The notes beneath the pieces are model-generated. The model saw only the letters and a program-made list of their open reading frames with translations. It was not told the origin of the DNA and made no database searches. A stretch of 32,000 nucleotides of DNA from Candidatus Arthromitus sp. SFB-mouse-Japan (GTDB lineage: Bacteria > Bacillota > Clostridia > Clostridiales > Clostridiaceae): contig NC_015913.1 in the NCBI RefSeq assembly GCF_000270205.1, positions 60,001 through 92,000 of the forward strand, given 5' to 3'. This document shows positions 17,466-25,509 of this stretch, piece after piece (the stretch's first letter is position 1; every line of letters starts with the position of its first letter). The translations under genes were made by a program, and so were the position numbers.

Positions 17466-17635
17466 AATATTATTTTCTAATTAGGGGATAAAAACAAAAA
17501 AATATATATAATTGCGATAATTGTCGTTTAAAAATATTATTTTTATATAAAAAATTTTGGAATAATGACAAATTCCCAAAAAATATTGTGATAGAATTTT
17601 GTTATGTTATATTATTTGTTAGGAAGGTATTATTT

Positions 17636-17986
17636 ATGAAAGTAATTGAAGTTTTGAAGGGAAGAGAATATAGTTTAAGTGAGATAATTGAGTATTATTA
17701 TAAAGTGATTGAAACGGAAGTTACAATAGATATTGAAGGTAATATGGATTCTAGATTGGTATATGGTATACAAATAGATAAGATTTTGATAAAAAAGGAT
17801 GGACAACAGATAACTGATAGTGAAAAAGTTGAAATTATAAGTTGTAATTTAGAATTTGTTAGAGAAATTTGTAGAACTTTTCACAAACAGCTAGTATCCC
17901 CATTCCATTTAATTGATATTCTAGAAGATAATATAAGTGCGTCTTTTAGGATTAATTCTAAAATAAGGTTTAAAGAGAAAGTGTAG
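17636..17986 (+). CDS. Small cytoplasmic protein of unknown function
   Basis: The ORF track begins at 17588, but the ATG at 17636 (MKVIEVLKGREY...) follows AGGAAGG at good spacing. 116 aa, no TM helix or signal peptide, and no motif I recognise with confidence. Confidence 0.5.
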   Translation: MKVIEVLKGREYSLSEIIEYYYKVIETEVTIDIEGNMDSRLVYGIQIDKILIKKDGQQITDSEKVEIISCNLEFVREICRTFHKQLVSPFHLIDILEDNISASFRINSKIRFKEKV

Positions 17987-18007
17987 ATATTTGTTTGAGG
18001 TAGAGTT

Positions 18008-18373
18008 TTGATAGTAGGTAGTGGGTGTGATATCTTAAGTATACGTAGAGTGGAGTCGCTTTTAAGATATAATAAATTTTTAGATAAGTATTTTACTGGT
18101 AATGAAATATGTATGTTTAATAATCAGAAAAATAAAAAAAATTATGTAAAGAAAATAGCTTCTAACCTTTGTGTTAAAGAAGCCTTTTTTAAATCTATAT
18201 CACATAAATTTAAAAAGTTTAGTTTTAAAGATATAGAGGTGTTAAGGGATAAAGATGGAAGGCCTTATTTAAGATTGCTAAATAGCTTGAAGGAGTTTAT
18301 AAATATAAATATTAATGTGACTATATCTAATGAGAGAGATTATGTTATATCATTTATTATTTTAGAAATTTAG
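18008..18373 (+). CDS. acpS: Holo-[acyl-carrier-protein] synthase
   Basis: 121 aa. MIVGSGCDILSIRRVE (G-x-D-I Mg site), CVKEAFFKS (conserved Glu), FKDIEVLRDKDGRPYL, and an ISNERDYVISFIILE C-terminus. TTG start after GAGGTAGAG. Confidence 0.8.
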   Translation: MIVGSGCDILSIRRVESLLRYNKFLDKYFTGNEICMFNNQKNKKNYVKKIASNLCVKEAFFKSISHKFKKFSFKDIEVLRDKDGRPYLRLLNSLKEFINININVTISNERDYVISFIILEI

Positions 18374-18455
18374 TATAAAGAATATTAATAAGTAATAAAA
18401 AAAAATGGATTGAATAAGTATTATCTATAAATTTTTTAGAAGGGATGTACTTATT

Positions 18456-19064
18456 TTGAAAAGGAATATTATATTTTCTATATTATTTCTATTTATTTTA
18501 GTTTCTTGTAAACCTATAAAAATAGAAAATTCTGAGCAAGCTTTTGATTATGTTAAGGGAATTAAAAATTATACATCTGATGTAAGGATTACATTTAAAA
18601 ATGAGAGAAATGAAGAGAGTATATTTTTGAGGCAGTATAGTTGTTATAATGGAAGTTATAGACTAGATTTGGAAGAGGAACGCATATACATATATGCAGA
18701 TGATAAAATATTTGTAGAGGATTTAAAAAATAAGAAGAAGTATTTTTTAGAAGAAAATTTTGATGAAGTATATAAATATAGTTTTTTAAATGAATATATA
18801 AAACTAATTTATTCAATGGATCAAGTTGAGTATTTTAAAGAATTTTATGATGATGGAAACAAAAAAATTGATATTTATGGAGCTAAGGTAAATCTTCCTA
18901 TTAACAATCTTAATATAAATTCTGCAACTTTATATTTGGATGGAGAGAAGCTTTCTCCTATTAGGCTTGAAATATTTGATATTAAAGGGAATATTAGAAT
19001 TTTAATAGAATATCTAACGTTTGAGGTTTTAGAGGAAATTGACTTACAGTTATTTGAATATTAG
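18456..19064 (+). CDS. Lipoprotein, LolA-fold/YdcC-like (position equivalent to B. subtilis ydcC between acpS and alr)
   Basis: 202 aa. MKRNIIFSILFLFILVSC has a lipobox. The size and the acpS-X-alr position match the YdcC family. The fold assignment comes from synteny and memory, not from a search. TTG start. Confidence 0.6.
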   Translation: MKRNIIFSILFLFILVSCKPIKIENSEQAFDYVKGIKNYTSDVRITFKNERNEESIFLRQYSCYNGSYRLDLEEERIYIYADDKIFVEDLKNKKKYFLEENFDEVYKYSFLNEYIKLIYSMDQVEYFKEFYDDGNKKIDIYGAKVNLPINNLNINSATLYLDGEKLSPIRLEIFDIKGNIRILIEYLTFEVLEEIDLQLFEY

Positions 19065-19086
19065 CTATTGAGATTTAGGAGGAATT

Positions 19087-20235
19087 ATGAGAATTAATTA
19101 TAATGTTTATGCGGAAGTAAATTTAGATAATTTAGTTAAAAATTTAAAATTCATCCAAAATATTAATGGTAATAATAAGATTATACCTGTTATTAAGGAT
19201 GATGCTTATGCTCATGGAATTATTGAAGTTGCAAATAAATTTATAGATAATGGAATTCAAATATTATCTGTTGGAGACATAAATGAAGGTATTTTATTAA
19301 GGAAATTTGGGGTTAGGGTTCCTATCTTAGTATTTGGAATTACGCCTGCTGAAAATATAGATGATTTAATAAAAAATGATCTTACACAAACAGTATCAAG
19401 TTTTGAATATGCTAATATAATTTTAGAAAAATTGTCTAGAATAAATAAGAGATTGAAGGTACATATAAAGGTTGATACTGGAATGGGAAGAGTGGGATTA
19501 ATTGCAAGCGATGAAAATTTTAAAATTGTAAATAATATATGTAGTAATCCCTTAATTGATATTCAAGGTGTATACTCTCATTTTTCGGATGCGGGGGGAG
19601 AGGATAAGAATTACACAGTTAATCAATATAAATTATTTAAAATGTTTTGTAATAATTTATCAAAATTAAAACTAGATATTAAATATAAACATATATGCAA
19701 TAGTGAGGGAAGTCTAAATTATAGATTTGATGATATTGAATATATAAGACCAGGACTTTCGCTATATGGATATAGTATGGGTAAAAATTATGAAGAACTT
19801 AAACCTGTTATGAGTCTAAAGGCTAAAGTTGTACATATAAAGAAGGCTAATAAAGGTGAATATATAGGATATGGTAAGACATATAGAGTTGATAAAGAAA
19901 GTTATATTGCTACTTTAAACATTGGGTATGGTCATGGATATCCTAGATATTTGTCTAATAAGGGAAGAGTAATAGTTAATAATGAGTTTGCTAATATTGT
20001 TGGTAGTATATGTATGGATCATTGTATGATTGATATTACAAATATTATTAATATTAAATTGTTTGATGACGTTATATTGATAGGTAGTAGTGGAGAAAAG
20101 AATATAGATGCACATGAAATAGCTAGGTATGGTAATACTATTTGCTATGAGGTATTATGTGGTATACGTAGGAAGGTTCCTAGAGTTTATTTGGAGGATA
20201 ATAAGATAAAATATATTAGAGAAGGGTATTATTAG
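19087..20235 (+). CDS. alr: Alanine racemase
   Basis: 382 aa. PVIKDDAYAHG (PLP-lysine motif, slightly variant), KVDTGMGRVG, SHFSDA, RPGLSLYGY and GSICMDHCMIDIT. AGGAGG RBS. Confidence 0.9.
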   Translation: MRINYNVYAEVNLDNLVKNLKFIQNINGNNKIIPVIKDDAYAHGIIEVANKFIDNGIQILSVGDINEGILLRKFGVRVPILVFGITPAENIDDLIKNDLTQTVSSFEYANIILEKLSRINKRLKVHIKVDTGMGRVGLIASDENFKIVNNICSNPLIDIQGVYSHFSDAGGEDKNYTVNQYKLFKMFCNNLSKLKLDIKYKHICNSEGSLNYRFDDIEYIRPGLSLYGYSMGKNYEELKPVMSLKAKVVHIKKANKGEYIGYGKTYRVDKESYIATLNIGYGHGYPRYLSNKGRVIVNNEFANIVGSICMDHCMIDITNIINIKLFDDVILIGSSGEKNIDAHEIARYGNTICYEVLCGIRRKVPRVYLEDNKIKYIREGYY

Positions 20236-20263
20236 AACTTTTATTAACTAAAGTTCTATAAAG

Positions 20264-20292
20264 TTGTAAAAAATTAGAAGATAGTATATAAT
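20264..20292 (+). promoter_or_regulatory. Candidate sigma-A promoter of the mazEF-like operon (TTGTAA - 17 nt - TATAAT)
   Basis: TTGTAA at 20264-20269 and TATAAT at 20287-20292 with exactly 17-nt spacing, about 68 nt upstream of the GTG at 20360. Confidence 0.45.
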
Positions 20293-20359
20293 TAAAGAAG
20301 TACGTAATTAGATAGAAATGAGCTATAATTGTAATTTATAATTATGGGGGTACTTCTAG

Positions 20360-20647
20360 GTGAGTATATATAAAAGACCATTCTCTAAGCCACGTGTAAG
20401 AAATGTTAAATTAGAACAAAAATGTAGCATAAATTTGAAGAATAGCATATTAATATTTATTAGAAATAGGAATTGGAGAACTATAAGAAAAGGATATGAA
20501 TGTATGGGAGATATAAATATAGAATTATCTGAATATGGATTTTTATCAGCTTTTGAAGAATTAGTTAAATATGAGATAAGGCTTTCGGAGAGTGATAGTT
20601 TAGATGACTACAATGGTAGTAAAAAGAGGAGACATATTTTATGCTGA
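20360..20647 (+). CDS. Putative MazE/EndoAI-like antitoxin (divergent ribbon-helix-helix), overlapping mazF
   Basis: 95 aa. GTG start 9 nt after GGGGG. The central part, [25 protein letters not shown], resembles the C-terminal half of B. subtilis EndoAI (YdcD) as I recall it. The N-terminal part is only weakly RHH-like. The position immediately upstream of mazF supports the call. Confidence 0.5.
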   Translation: MSIYKRPFSKPRVRNVKLEQKCSINLKNSILIFIRNRNWRTIRKGYECMGDINIELSEYGFLSAFEELVKYEIRLSESDSLDDYNGSKKRRHILC

Positions 20648-20957
20648 CTTGAGTCCTGTTATAGGGTCTGAGCAGGGAGGGATACGACCTGTTATAATAA
20701 TTCAAAATGATATAGGAAATAAGTATAGTCCTACTGTTATAGTTGGAGCAATAACTTCCCAGATCAATAAAGCTAAGTTACCTACTCATGTTGAAATTTC
20801 GTCTGAAGAATATGGATTAAATAAAGATTCTGTAGTTTTGCTAGAACAGGTAAGGACTTTAGATAAAAAAAGACTTAAGGAAAAAATAGGTCATATGACT
20901 AAAAGTGATATGAAGAAGGTGGATAAAGCATTATTTATAAGTTTAGGATTAGAATGA
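20613..20957 (+). CDS. mazF: MazF/EndoA (PemK family) mRNA interferase toxin
   Basis: [62 protein letters not shown]... is close to B. subtilis EndoA/NdoA. The ORF track offers 20604 ([10 protein letters not shown]); 20613 matches the usual N-terminus. Confidence 0.9.
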   Translation: MVVKRGDIFYADLSPVIGSEQGGIRPVIIIQNDIGNKYSPTVIVGAITSQINKAKLPTHVEISSEEYGLNKDSVVLLEQVRTLDKKRLKEKIGHMTKSDMKKVDKALFISLGLE

Positions 20958-20993
20958 AAAATATAAAAATATTATTATATATAGAAAAGTATA

Positions 20994-21028
20994 TTAATGG
21001 CATTTTAAAAATGCCATTAATGTTTTTT
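20994..21028 (+). terminator. Intrinsic terminator after mazF, abutting the RBS of the GH89 gene
   Basis: TTAATGGCAT (20994-21003) pairs with ATGCCATTAA (21011-21020), a perfect 10-bp stem. It is followed by TGTTTTTT (21021-28), which runs straight into GGAGA (21029-33). Confidence 0.7.
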
Positions 21029-21041
21029 GGAGATATATTTT

Positions 21042-23738
21042 ATGAAAATTGTTAAGAGGATCTCGTGTATATTTTTGATGATGTTGTTTATCTTTTGTTT
21101 TGAATATACTGTATCTCAAGCAATAAATTTTGTTAATACTGATTATATACATGAATTTAAGCAAGACATAAATAATTTGTTGGATGATAATATCGATACA
21201 TATTTTACATTACCTGATTTTACTAATTATTTAGAATTTAAATTAGAAAATCATAGTGGAGTAAGTGGTATAGAATTGGTTTTTGATGATACTGAGTTTG
21301 ATTATAAATATAAAATATATTCCAGTAACGATGGATATACGTATAACGAAGTTGCACTTGATAGGGAAATTATAGACTCAAATACTGAGGTAGCTTATGT
21401 TGATATAAAGGATATTTATGTAAGATTGAGAGTTTTAAGTAGTAATAGTGAAGATTATGTACATATAAAGGATATTAATTTTTTTAACAAAGATGGAAAT
21501 AGGATTAGTAATGTAGAGATAGAGAAAGATGAGCCGGTTATAAATGAATATAAGTTTCAAATGGAAGATGTATATTATAAAGATGCGATTAATGGTTTAA
21601 TATCTAGGACATTAGGAAAAGAGTATGTAAATTTTTTTGATTTATCTCTCTTGCCTGATGATAAAGGTAAGGATTATTTTGTTATATATACAGAAAATGA
21701 TAAAGTGATACTTAAAGGTAATAATATTAATTCTATAAGTGTTGCTCTTAATTACTATTTTGAGCATTACTTGGAACAAACATTTGAAAGGTTTGGTAAT
21801 TCTAAGATAAAGGTTACATTACCTTTACCTCAAATAGAGGGTGTAATAGAAAAAAGTATAGATATGAAGTACAGATATAATTATAATTACGTAGCTTATG
21901 GATATACTATGGCTTATTGGACGTTTGATGAGTGGGAAAGAGAAATTGACTGGATGGCTTTAAATGGTTTCAATATGGCATTAAATTTAGTTGGTCATGA
22001 AGAGGTTGTTAGAAGATTTTTAAAAGAATTTGGGTTTAGTTTCTTTGAAATAGTGAATTATTTAACTTCTCCAATATATTTGCCGTGGCAATTTATGGGA
22101 AATATAAGTGCTGTTGGAGGTGAATTAACACCTAAGTGGTTTGAGGATAGAGCTAAACTTTCTATAGATATTCAAAAAAGGATGCTTGAAGTTGGAATAG
22201 AACCTATACATCAGATGTTTATAGGATATTTCCCTTACAAAGAAAATAGTGGGGTTAATGTTATAAATGGAGGATATTGGAGTAAAATAAAGGGACCAGA
22301 TAGGTTGGATTTTAATAATAATAACGTAGAATTTATTAGTAGTGTATATTACGAGAAACAGAGAGAATTACTTGGTAAATCTAAATATTTCGCAGGCGAT
22401 TTGTTTCATGAAGGGGCTAATTTATATGGATATGATGCAGGAGAGTTATCAAATAGAGTTTTAAGCTTGCTTAAAAATAATACTGGAGAAGATTCTGTAT
22501 GGATCATACAGTCTTGGGCTCATAATCCTTCATCAGAGAGTATAGAGAATCTTAATAAAGATAATATATTGATATTGGATTTACACTCTCAGTTAAATAC
22601 TAGATGGAAGGGAATATCTAAGTTTAATTATATGTCATGGGATAATAAGGAGTTTGATAATTCAAATTGGATATTTGGTATATTAAATAATTTTGGAGGA
22701 AGAAATGGCTTGTATGGTCATTCAAATCATTTATTAAGGCAGTTTTATGATGCAAAGTATAATTCAGATTATTTAAGTGGAATAGCAAATACCTCTGAAG
22801 GTGTTGGATTTAATAATTTTATCGATGAACTTTCAACTGAATTAATATTTTCAGATGAAGTTAATATGGATGAATTTGTAAAAAGATATTTAAAGAATAG
22901 ATATGGGAAAAGTGATAGAGATTTATTGGTAGCGTTTAATATTTTGTTAGATACAGTTTATAATCCGGTAACTGATATTTATCATGAAGGAGCTTCAGAG
23001 TCAGTCATAAATGCTAGGCCTTCTCTAGAAATTAATAGTGCGTCTAAGTGGGGAACTATTCATAAAAATTATGATTCCAGGAAGTTAGAGAGAGTTATTG
23101 AAATTTATATTTCTAAGTATGATGAATTCAAAGATAATGAAGGATATATAATTGATTTGATTGATATAGCAAGTGAAGTTATAATTAATTTGGCAAGCGA
23201 GTATTATCAGATTATACAAGAATATTATAATAATGGTAATATTAAGTATTTGCAATTGATATCCAAGAAATTTTTAAATCTTATTTTATTACAAGCAAAT
23301 ATATTATCGTATAATGATAAAAAAAGTCTCCAAAAAATAATTAATAAGTTGGATGCTTTAGATTATGATGATTATTTTAAAGATACCTTAAAATATAATA
23401 AGAAAATGATATTAACTACATGGTATGATAAATTAGTTTCTGAAGATGGTGGGCTTAGAGACTATGCAAATACTGATTTTTATGATATCGTAGGAACTCT
23501 TTATTATAATAGATGGAAAAGATTTTTTGATGAGATATCAAGTAATGAGTTAAAAGGATTTTATGATGATTATAGATTTGATGTTAAATGGATAAATGAT
23601 GATGATTCATTAAACTTTAATAAGTCTGATAAATCTTTAAATAGTTTAATGGATTTATTATTAGTTGAGATAGGTATTTATAGAAATAATTTTTCATTCT
23701 TAGGAGATTTGATATATTCTATAAATGATTTATTTTAA
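21042..23738 (+). CDS. Secreted alpha-N-acetylglucosaminidase (GH89, NAGLU family) with an N-terminal F5/8 type C (CBM32-like) module
   Basis: Start at ATG 21042 (GGAGA RBS; the ORF-track TTG at 21027 is rejected). Signal peptide MKIVKRISCIFLMMLFIFCFEYTVSQA. WEREIDWMALNGFNMALNLVGHEEV, GDLFHEG, WIIQSWAHNP, GILNNFGGRNGLYGH, NTSEGVGFN and YYNRWKRFF align with human NAGLU/CpGH89 motifs, including both catalytic Glu positions. Confidence 0.85.
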   Translation: MKIVKRISCIFLMMLFIFCFEYTVSQAINFVNTDYIHEFKQDINNLLDDNIDTYFTLPDFTNYLEFKLENHSGVSGIELVFDDTEFDYKYKIYSSNDGYTYNEVALDREIIDSNTEVAYVDIKDIYVRLRVLSSNSEDYVHIKDINFFNKDGNRISNVEIEKDEPVINEYKFQMEDVYYKDAINGLISRTLGKEYVNFFDLSLLPDDKGKDYFVIYTENDKVILKGNNINSISVALNYYFEHYLEQTFERFGNSKIKVTLPLPQIEGVIEKSIDMKYRYNYNYVAYGYTMAYWTFDEWEREIDWMALNGFNMALNLVGHEEVVRRFLKEFGFSFFEIVNYLTSPIYLPWQFMGNISAVGGELTPKWFEDRAKLSIDIQKRMLEVGIEPIHQMFIGYFPYKENSGVNVINGGYWSKIKGPDRLDFNNNNVEFISSVYYEKQRELLGKSKYFAGDLFHEGANLYGYDAGELSNRVLSLLKNNTGEDSVWIIQSWAHNPSSESIENLNKDNILILDLHSQLNTRWKGISKFNYMSWDNKEFDNSNWIFGILNNFGGRNGLYGHSNHLLRQFYDAKYNSDYLSGIANTSEGVGFNNFIDELSTELIFSDEVNMDEFVKRYLKNRYGKSDRDLLVAFNILLDTVYNPVTDIYHEGASESVINARPSLEINSASKWGTIHKNYDSRKLERVIEIYISKYDEFKDNEGYIIDLIDIASEVIINLASEYYQIIQEYYNNGNIKYLQLISKKFLNLILLQANILSYNDKKSLQKIINKLDALDYDDYFKDTLKYNKKMILTTWYDKLVSEDGGLRDYANTDFYDIVGTLYYNRWKRFFDEISSNELKGFYDDYRFDVKWINDDDSLNFNKSDKSLNSLMDLLLVEIGIYRNNFSFLGDLIYSINDLF

Positions 23739-23739
23739 T

Positions 23740-23776
23740 AGAGGACAGTAAAAATGCTGTCCTCTTAAATTTTTTA
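23740..23776 (+). terminator. Intrinsic terminator after the GH89 gene
   Basis: AGAGGACAG (23740-48) pairs with CTGTCCTCT (23757-65), a perfect 9-bp GC-containing stem with an 8-nt loop, followed by TAAATTTTTT. Confidence 0.75.
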
Positions 23777-23818
23777 ACATCTTAATATATAAACTAGGAA
23801 ATATAGTGTTAAAATTTA

Positions 23819-23827
23819 TGTTATAAT
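23819..23827 (+). promoter_or_regulatory. Candidate extended -10 element (TGTTATAAT) upstream of ftsE
   Basis: Exact TGnTATAAT match 34 nt upstream of the ftsE ATG and downstream of the GH89 terminator. No good -35. Confidence 0.3.
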
Positions 23828-23860
23828 TAAGTATATAGCATAAACATAGGAGAATTTGTT

Positions 23861-24538
23861 ATGATTGATTTTATAAAGGTATCTAAGATATATGAAAAAA
23901 ACGTAAAAGCTTTGATAGATGTTAGTGTATCTATAGAACAAGGTGAATTTGTTTTTTTAGTTGGGTCAAGTGGGGCTGGTAAGTCTACTTTTATAAAAAT
24001 GATCCTAAGGGAAATAAAACCTACAAGTGGGAAGGTTATAATAAATAATAAAGATGTAAGTTTGATAAAAAGAAGGGATATTCCTCATCATAGGAGAAGT
24101 ATAGGAATGGTTTTTCAGGATTTTAAATTAATATCTAATTTAAATGTTTATGAAAATGTTGCTTTTGCTATGAGAGTGGTTGAATCTGATGAAAAAGAGA
24201 TTAGAAAAAGGGTTCCTGTTGTTTTGAGTTTAGTTGGTCTTTCAGATAAATATAAGGTTTTTCCTCACGAATTATCTGGTGGGGAACAACAAAGGGTGTC
24301 TCTTGCAAGAGCAATGGTTAACAATCCATCGATATTAATAGCGGACGAGCCTACAGGAAATTTGGATCCGGATACTTCGCTTGAGATAATGGCGCTTCTT
24401 CAGGATATAAATAGAGGTGGAACTACTGTTCTTATGGCAACGCATGCTAAGGATATTGTGGACAGAATGAAGAGAAGGGTTGTGGCAATTGAAAGAGGAG
24501 TAGTTTTAAGAGATGAGAAGAGAGGAAAATACGAGTAA
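23861..24538 (+). CDS. ftsE: Cell-division ABC transporter ATP-binding protein FtsE
   Basis: 225 aa. Walker A GSSGAGKST, signature LSGGEQQRVSLARA, Walker B ILIADEPTGNLD. AGGAGA RBS. Confidence 0.95.
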   Translation: MIDFIKVSKIYEKNVKALIDVSVSIEQGEFVFLVGSSGAGKSTFIKMILREIKPTSGKVIINNKDVSLIKRRDIPHHRRSIGMVFQDFKLISNLNVYENVAFAMRVVESDEKEIRKRVPVVLSLVGLSDKYKVFPHELSGGEQQRVSLARAMVNNPSILIADEPTGNLDPDTSLEIMALLQDINRGGTTVLMATHAKDIVDRMKRRVVAIERGVVLRDEKRGKYE

Positions 24539-25428
24539 TGAAAGTTTCAAGTTTTAAAGGATTTACTATTGATGCTATTAAGAGCCTATTTAGAAATAAG
24601 ACTATAAGTATAGCAACTATAGTTAATATAGTTGTTACTCTAACAATTTATGGTATATTTTTAATACTAATGAATGTTATTGTTGCGAATGTAAATGATG
24701 TTGAATCTCGTCTTCAGCTTAAGGTTTATTTAAAGGATAATATAACTGTAGAGCAACAGCAGCAGATAAGGGATGCTATAGGTAGTGTTGAAGGTATAGA
24801 TGATGTATACTATGAAAGTAAAACAGAGGCGTTAATTAATTTTAAAAATCAACTTAAGGACTATGCGTGGATGATTGAGGGATATGATGAGAATAATAAT
24901 CCTCTCCCAAGTTCATATGTTATTAAAATAAAAACACCAGAAGTATCAGAACGTATAGAGAATGCAGTTGAAGGATTTGATGGTATTGATGATATCGGGA
25001 GTGATAAGGTTCTTGTTAAGGAAGTATCTAAGATATCCACGTTTATTAGAATTGCATGGGCTATTTTATCATTTATTTTGATAGTGGTTTCTTTATTTTT
25101 AATAATGAATACAATTAAACTTACTATATATTCTCGTAGAAAAGAAATATATATAATGAAATTTGTTGGTGCTACAGATTGGTTTATAAGATGGCCATTT
25201 GTGATAGAGGGAATTATTTTAGGAGTTATAGGAGCGATTATTTCTCTTGGGATTATATATTATGGTTATTTTTCTGTATATAGTTTCTTAAATGATAGGA
25301 ATTTATTTTCGTATTTAATTTCACCTAATGTTATTTTGATACAATTAGTTATGCATTTTTTCTTAATTGGTATATTGGTTGGTATTGCAGGAAGCATATT
25401 TTCACTAAGAAAGTTTTTGAAGGTTTAG
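24538..25428 (+). CDS. ftsX: Cell-division ABC transporter permease-like protein FtsX
   Basis: 296 aa. The start overlaps the ftsE stop (TAATG). It has an extracellular loop domain, then MKFVGATDWFIRWPFVIEG and four TM helices. Confidence 0.9.
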   Translation: MKVSSFKGFTIDAIKSLFRNKTISIATIVNIVVTLTIYGIFLILMNVIVANVNDVESRLQLKVYLKDNITVEQQQQIRDAIGSVEGIDDVYYESKTEALINFKNQLKDYAWMIEGYDENNNPLPSSYVIKIKTPEVSERIENAVEGFDGIDDIGSDKVLVKEVSKISTFIRIAWAILSFILIVVSLFLIMNTIKLTIYSRRKEIYIMKFVGATDWFIRWPFVIEGIILGVIGAIISLGIIYYGYFSVYSFLNDRNLFSYLISPNVILIQLVMHFFLIGILVGIAGSIFSLRKFLKV

Positions 25429-25509
25429 TTTATTATATATATAATTTGAATATTTAGGAATAAATAGGGGAATAACTAAAATTAGTTGTTAGTTGGTTTG
25501 GAGGAATTT

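Noticed and set aside
1575-19000. Other short antisense ORFs in the left and middle part: 1575-1847, 3899-4096, 6223-6405, 6390-6629, 7019-7201, 7526-7846, 10090-10281, 11671-11964, 13428-13673, 15767-16096, 16917-17123, 18595-18816
   Set aside because: Each is nested in, or largely overlaps, a longer opposite-strand gene with recognisable motifs. None has a convincing RBS or any recognisable domain. They are shadow ORFs.
20233-20258. Hairpin TAGAACTTT/AAAGTTCTA starting at the alr stop codon, considered as the alr terminator
   Set aside because: The 9-bp stem is AT-rich with an 8-nt loop and is not followed by a T-tract (TAAAGTTGTAAAA). It may still pause or stabilise RNA, but I would not call it a terminator.
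8064-20362. High number of non-ATG starts (GTG: yihY, GT4 8962, galU, mazE-like; TTG: sugar transferase, ssb, acpS, lipoprotein)
   Set aside because: This is within the range expected for low-GC Firmicutes. Each case is supported by an RBS or by the need to include a conserved N-terminal motif. It is not evidence of pseudogenes or recoding.
20958-23860. GH89 gene as a mobile element or genomic islet
   Set aside because: I could see no integrase, transposase, tRNA target or flanking direct/inverted repeats. The shared AAAAATGC in the two terminator loops is too short to mean anything. It is kept as an insertion hypothesis in the findings, not as a mobile element call.
17588-25509. N-terminally extended ORF-track starts at 17588, 21027 and 25486 (also 12151 and 20604)
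   Set aside because: In each case a downstream in-frame ATG has a properly spaced GGAGG-like RBS (17636, 21042, 25510, 12163, 20613). The extension adds non-conserved residues or breaks the expected signal peptide or N-terminal motif. The extended starts cannot be strictly excluded without experimental data.
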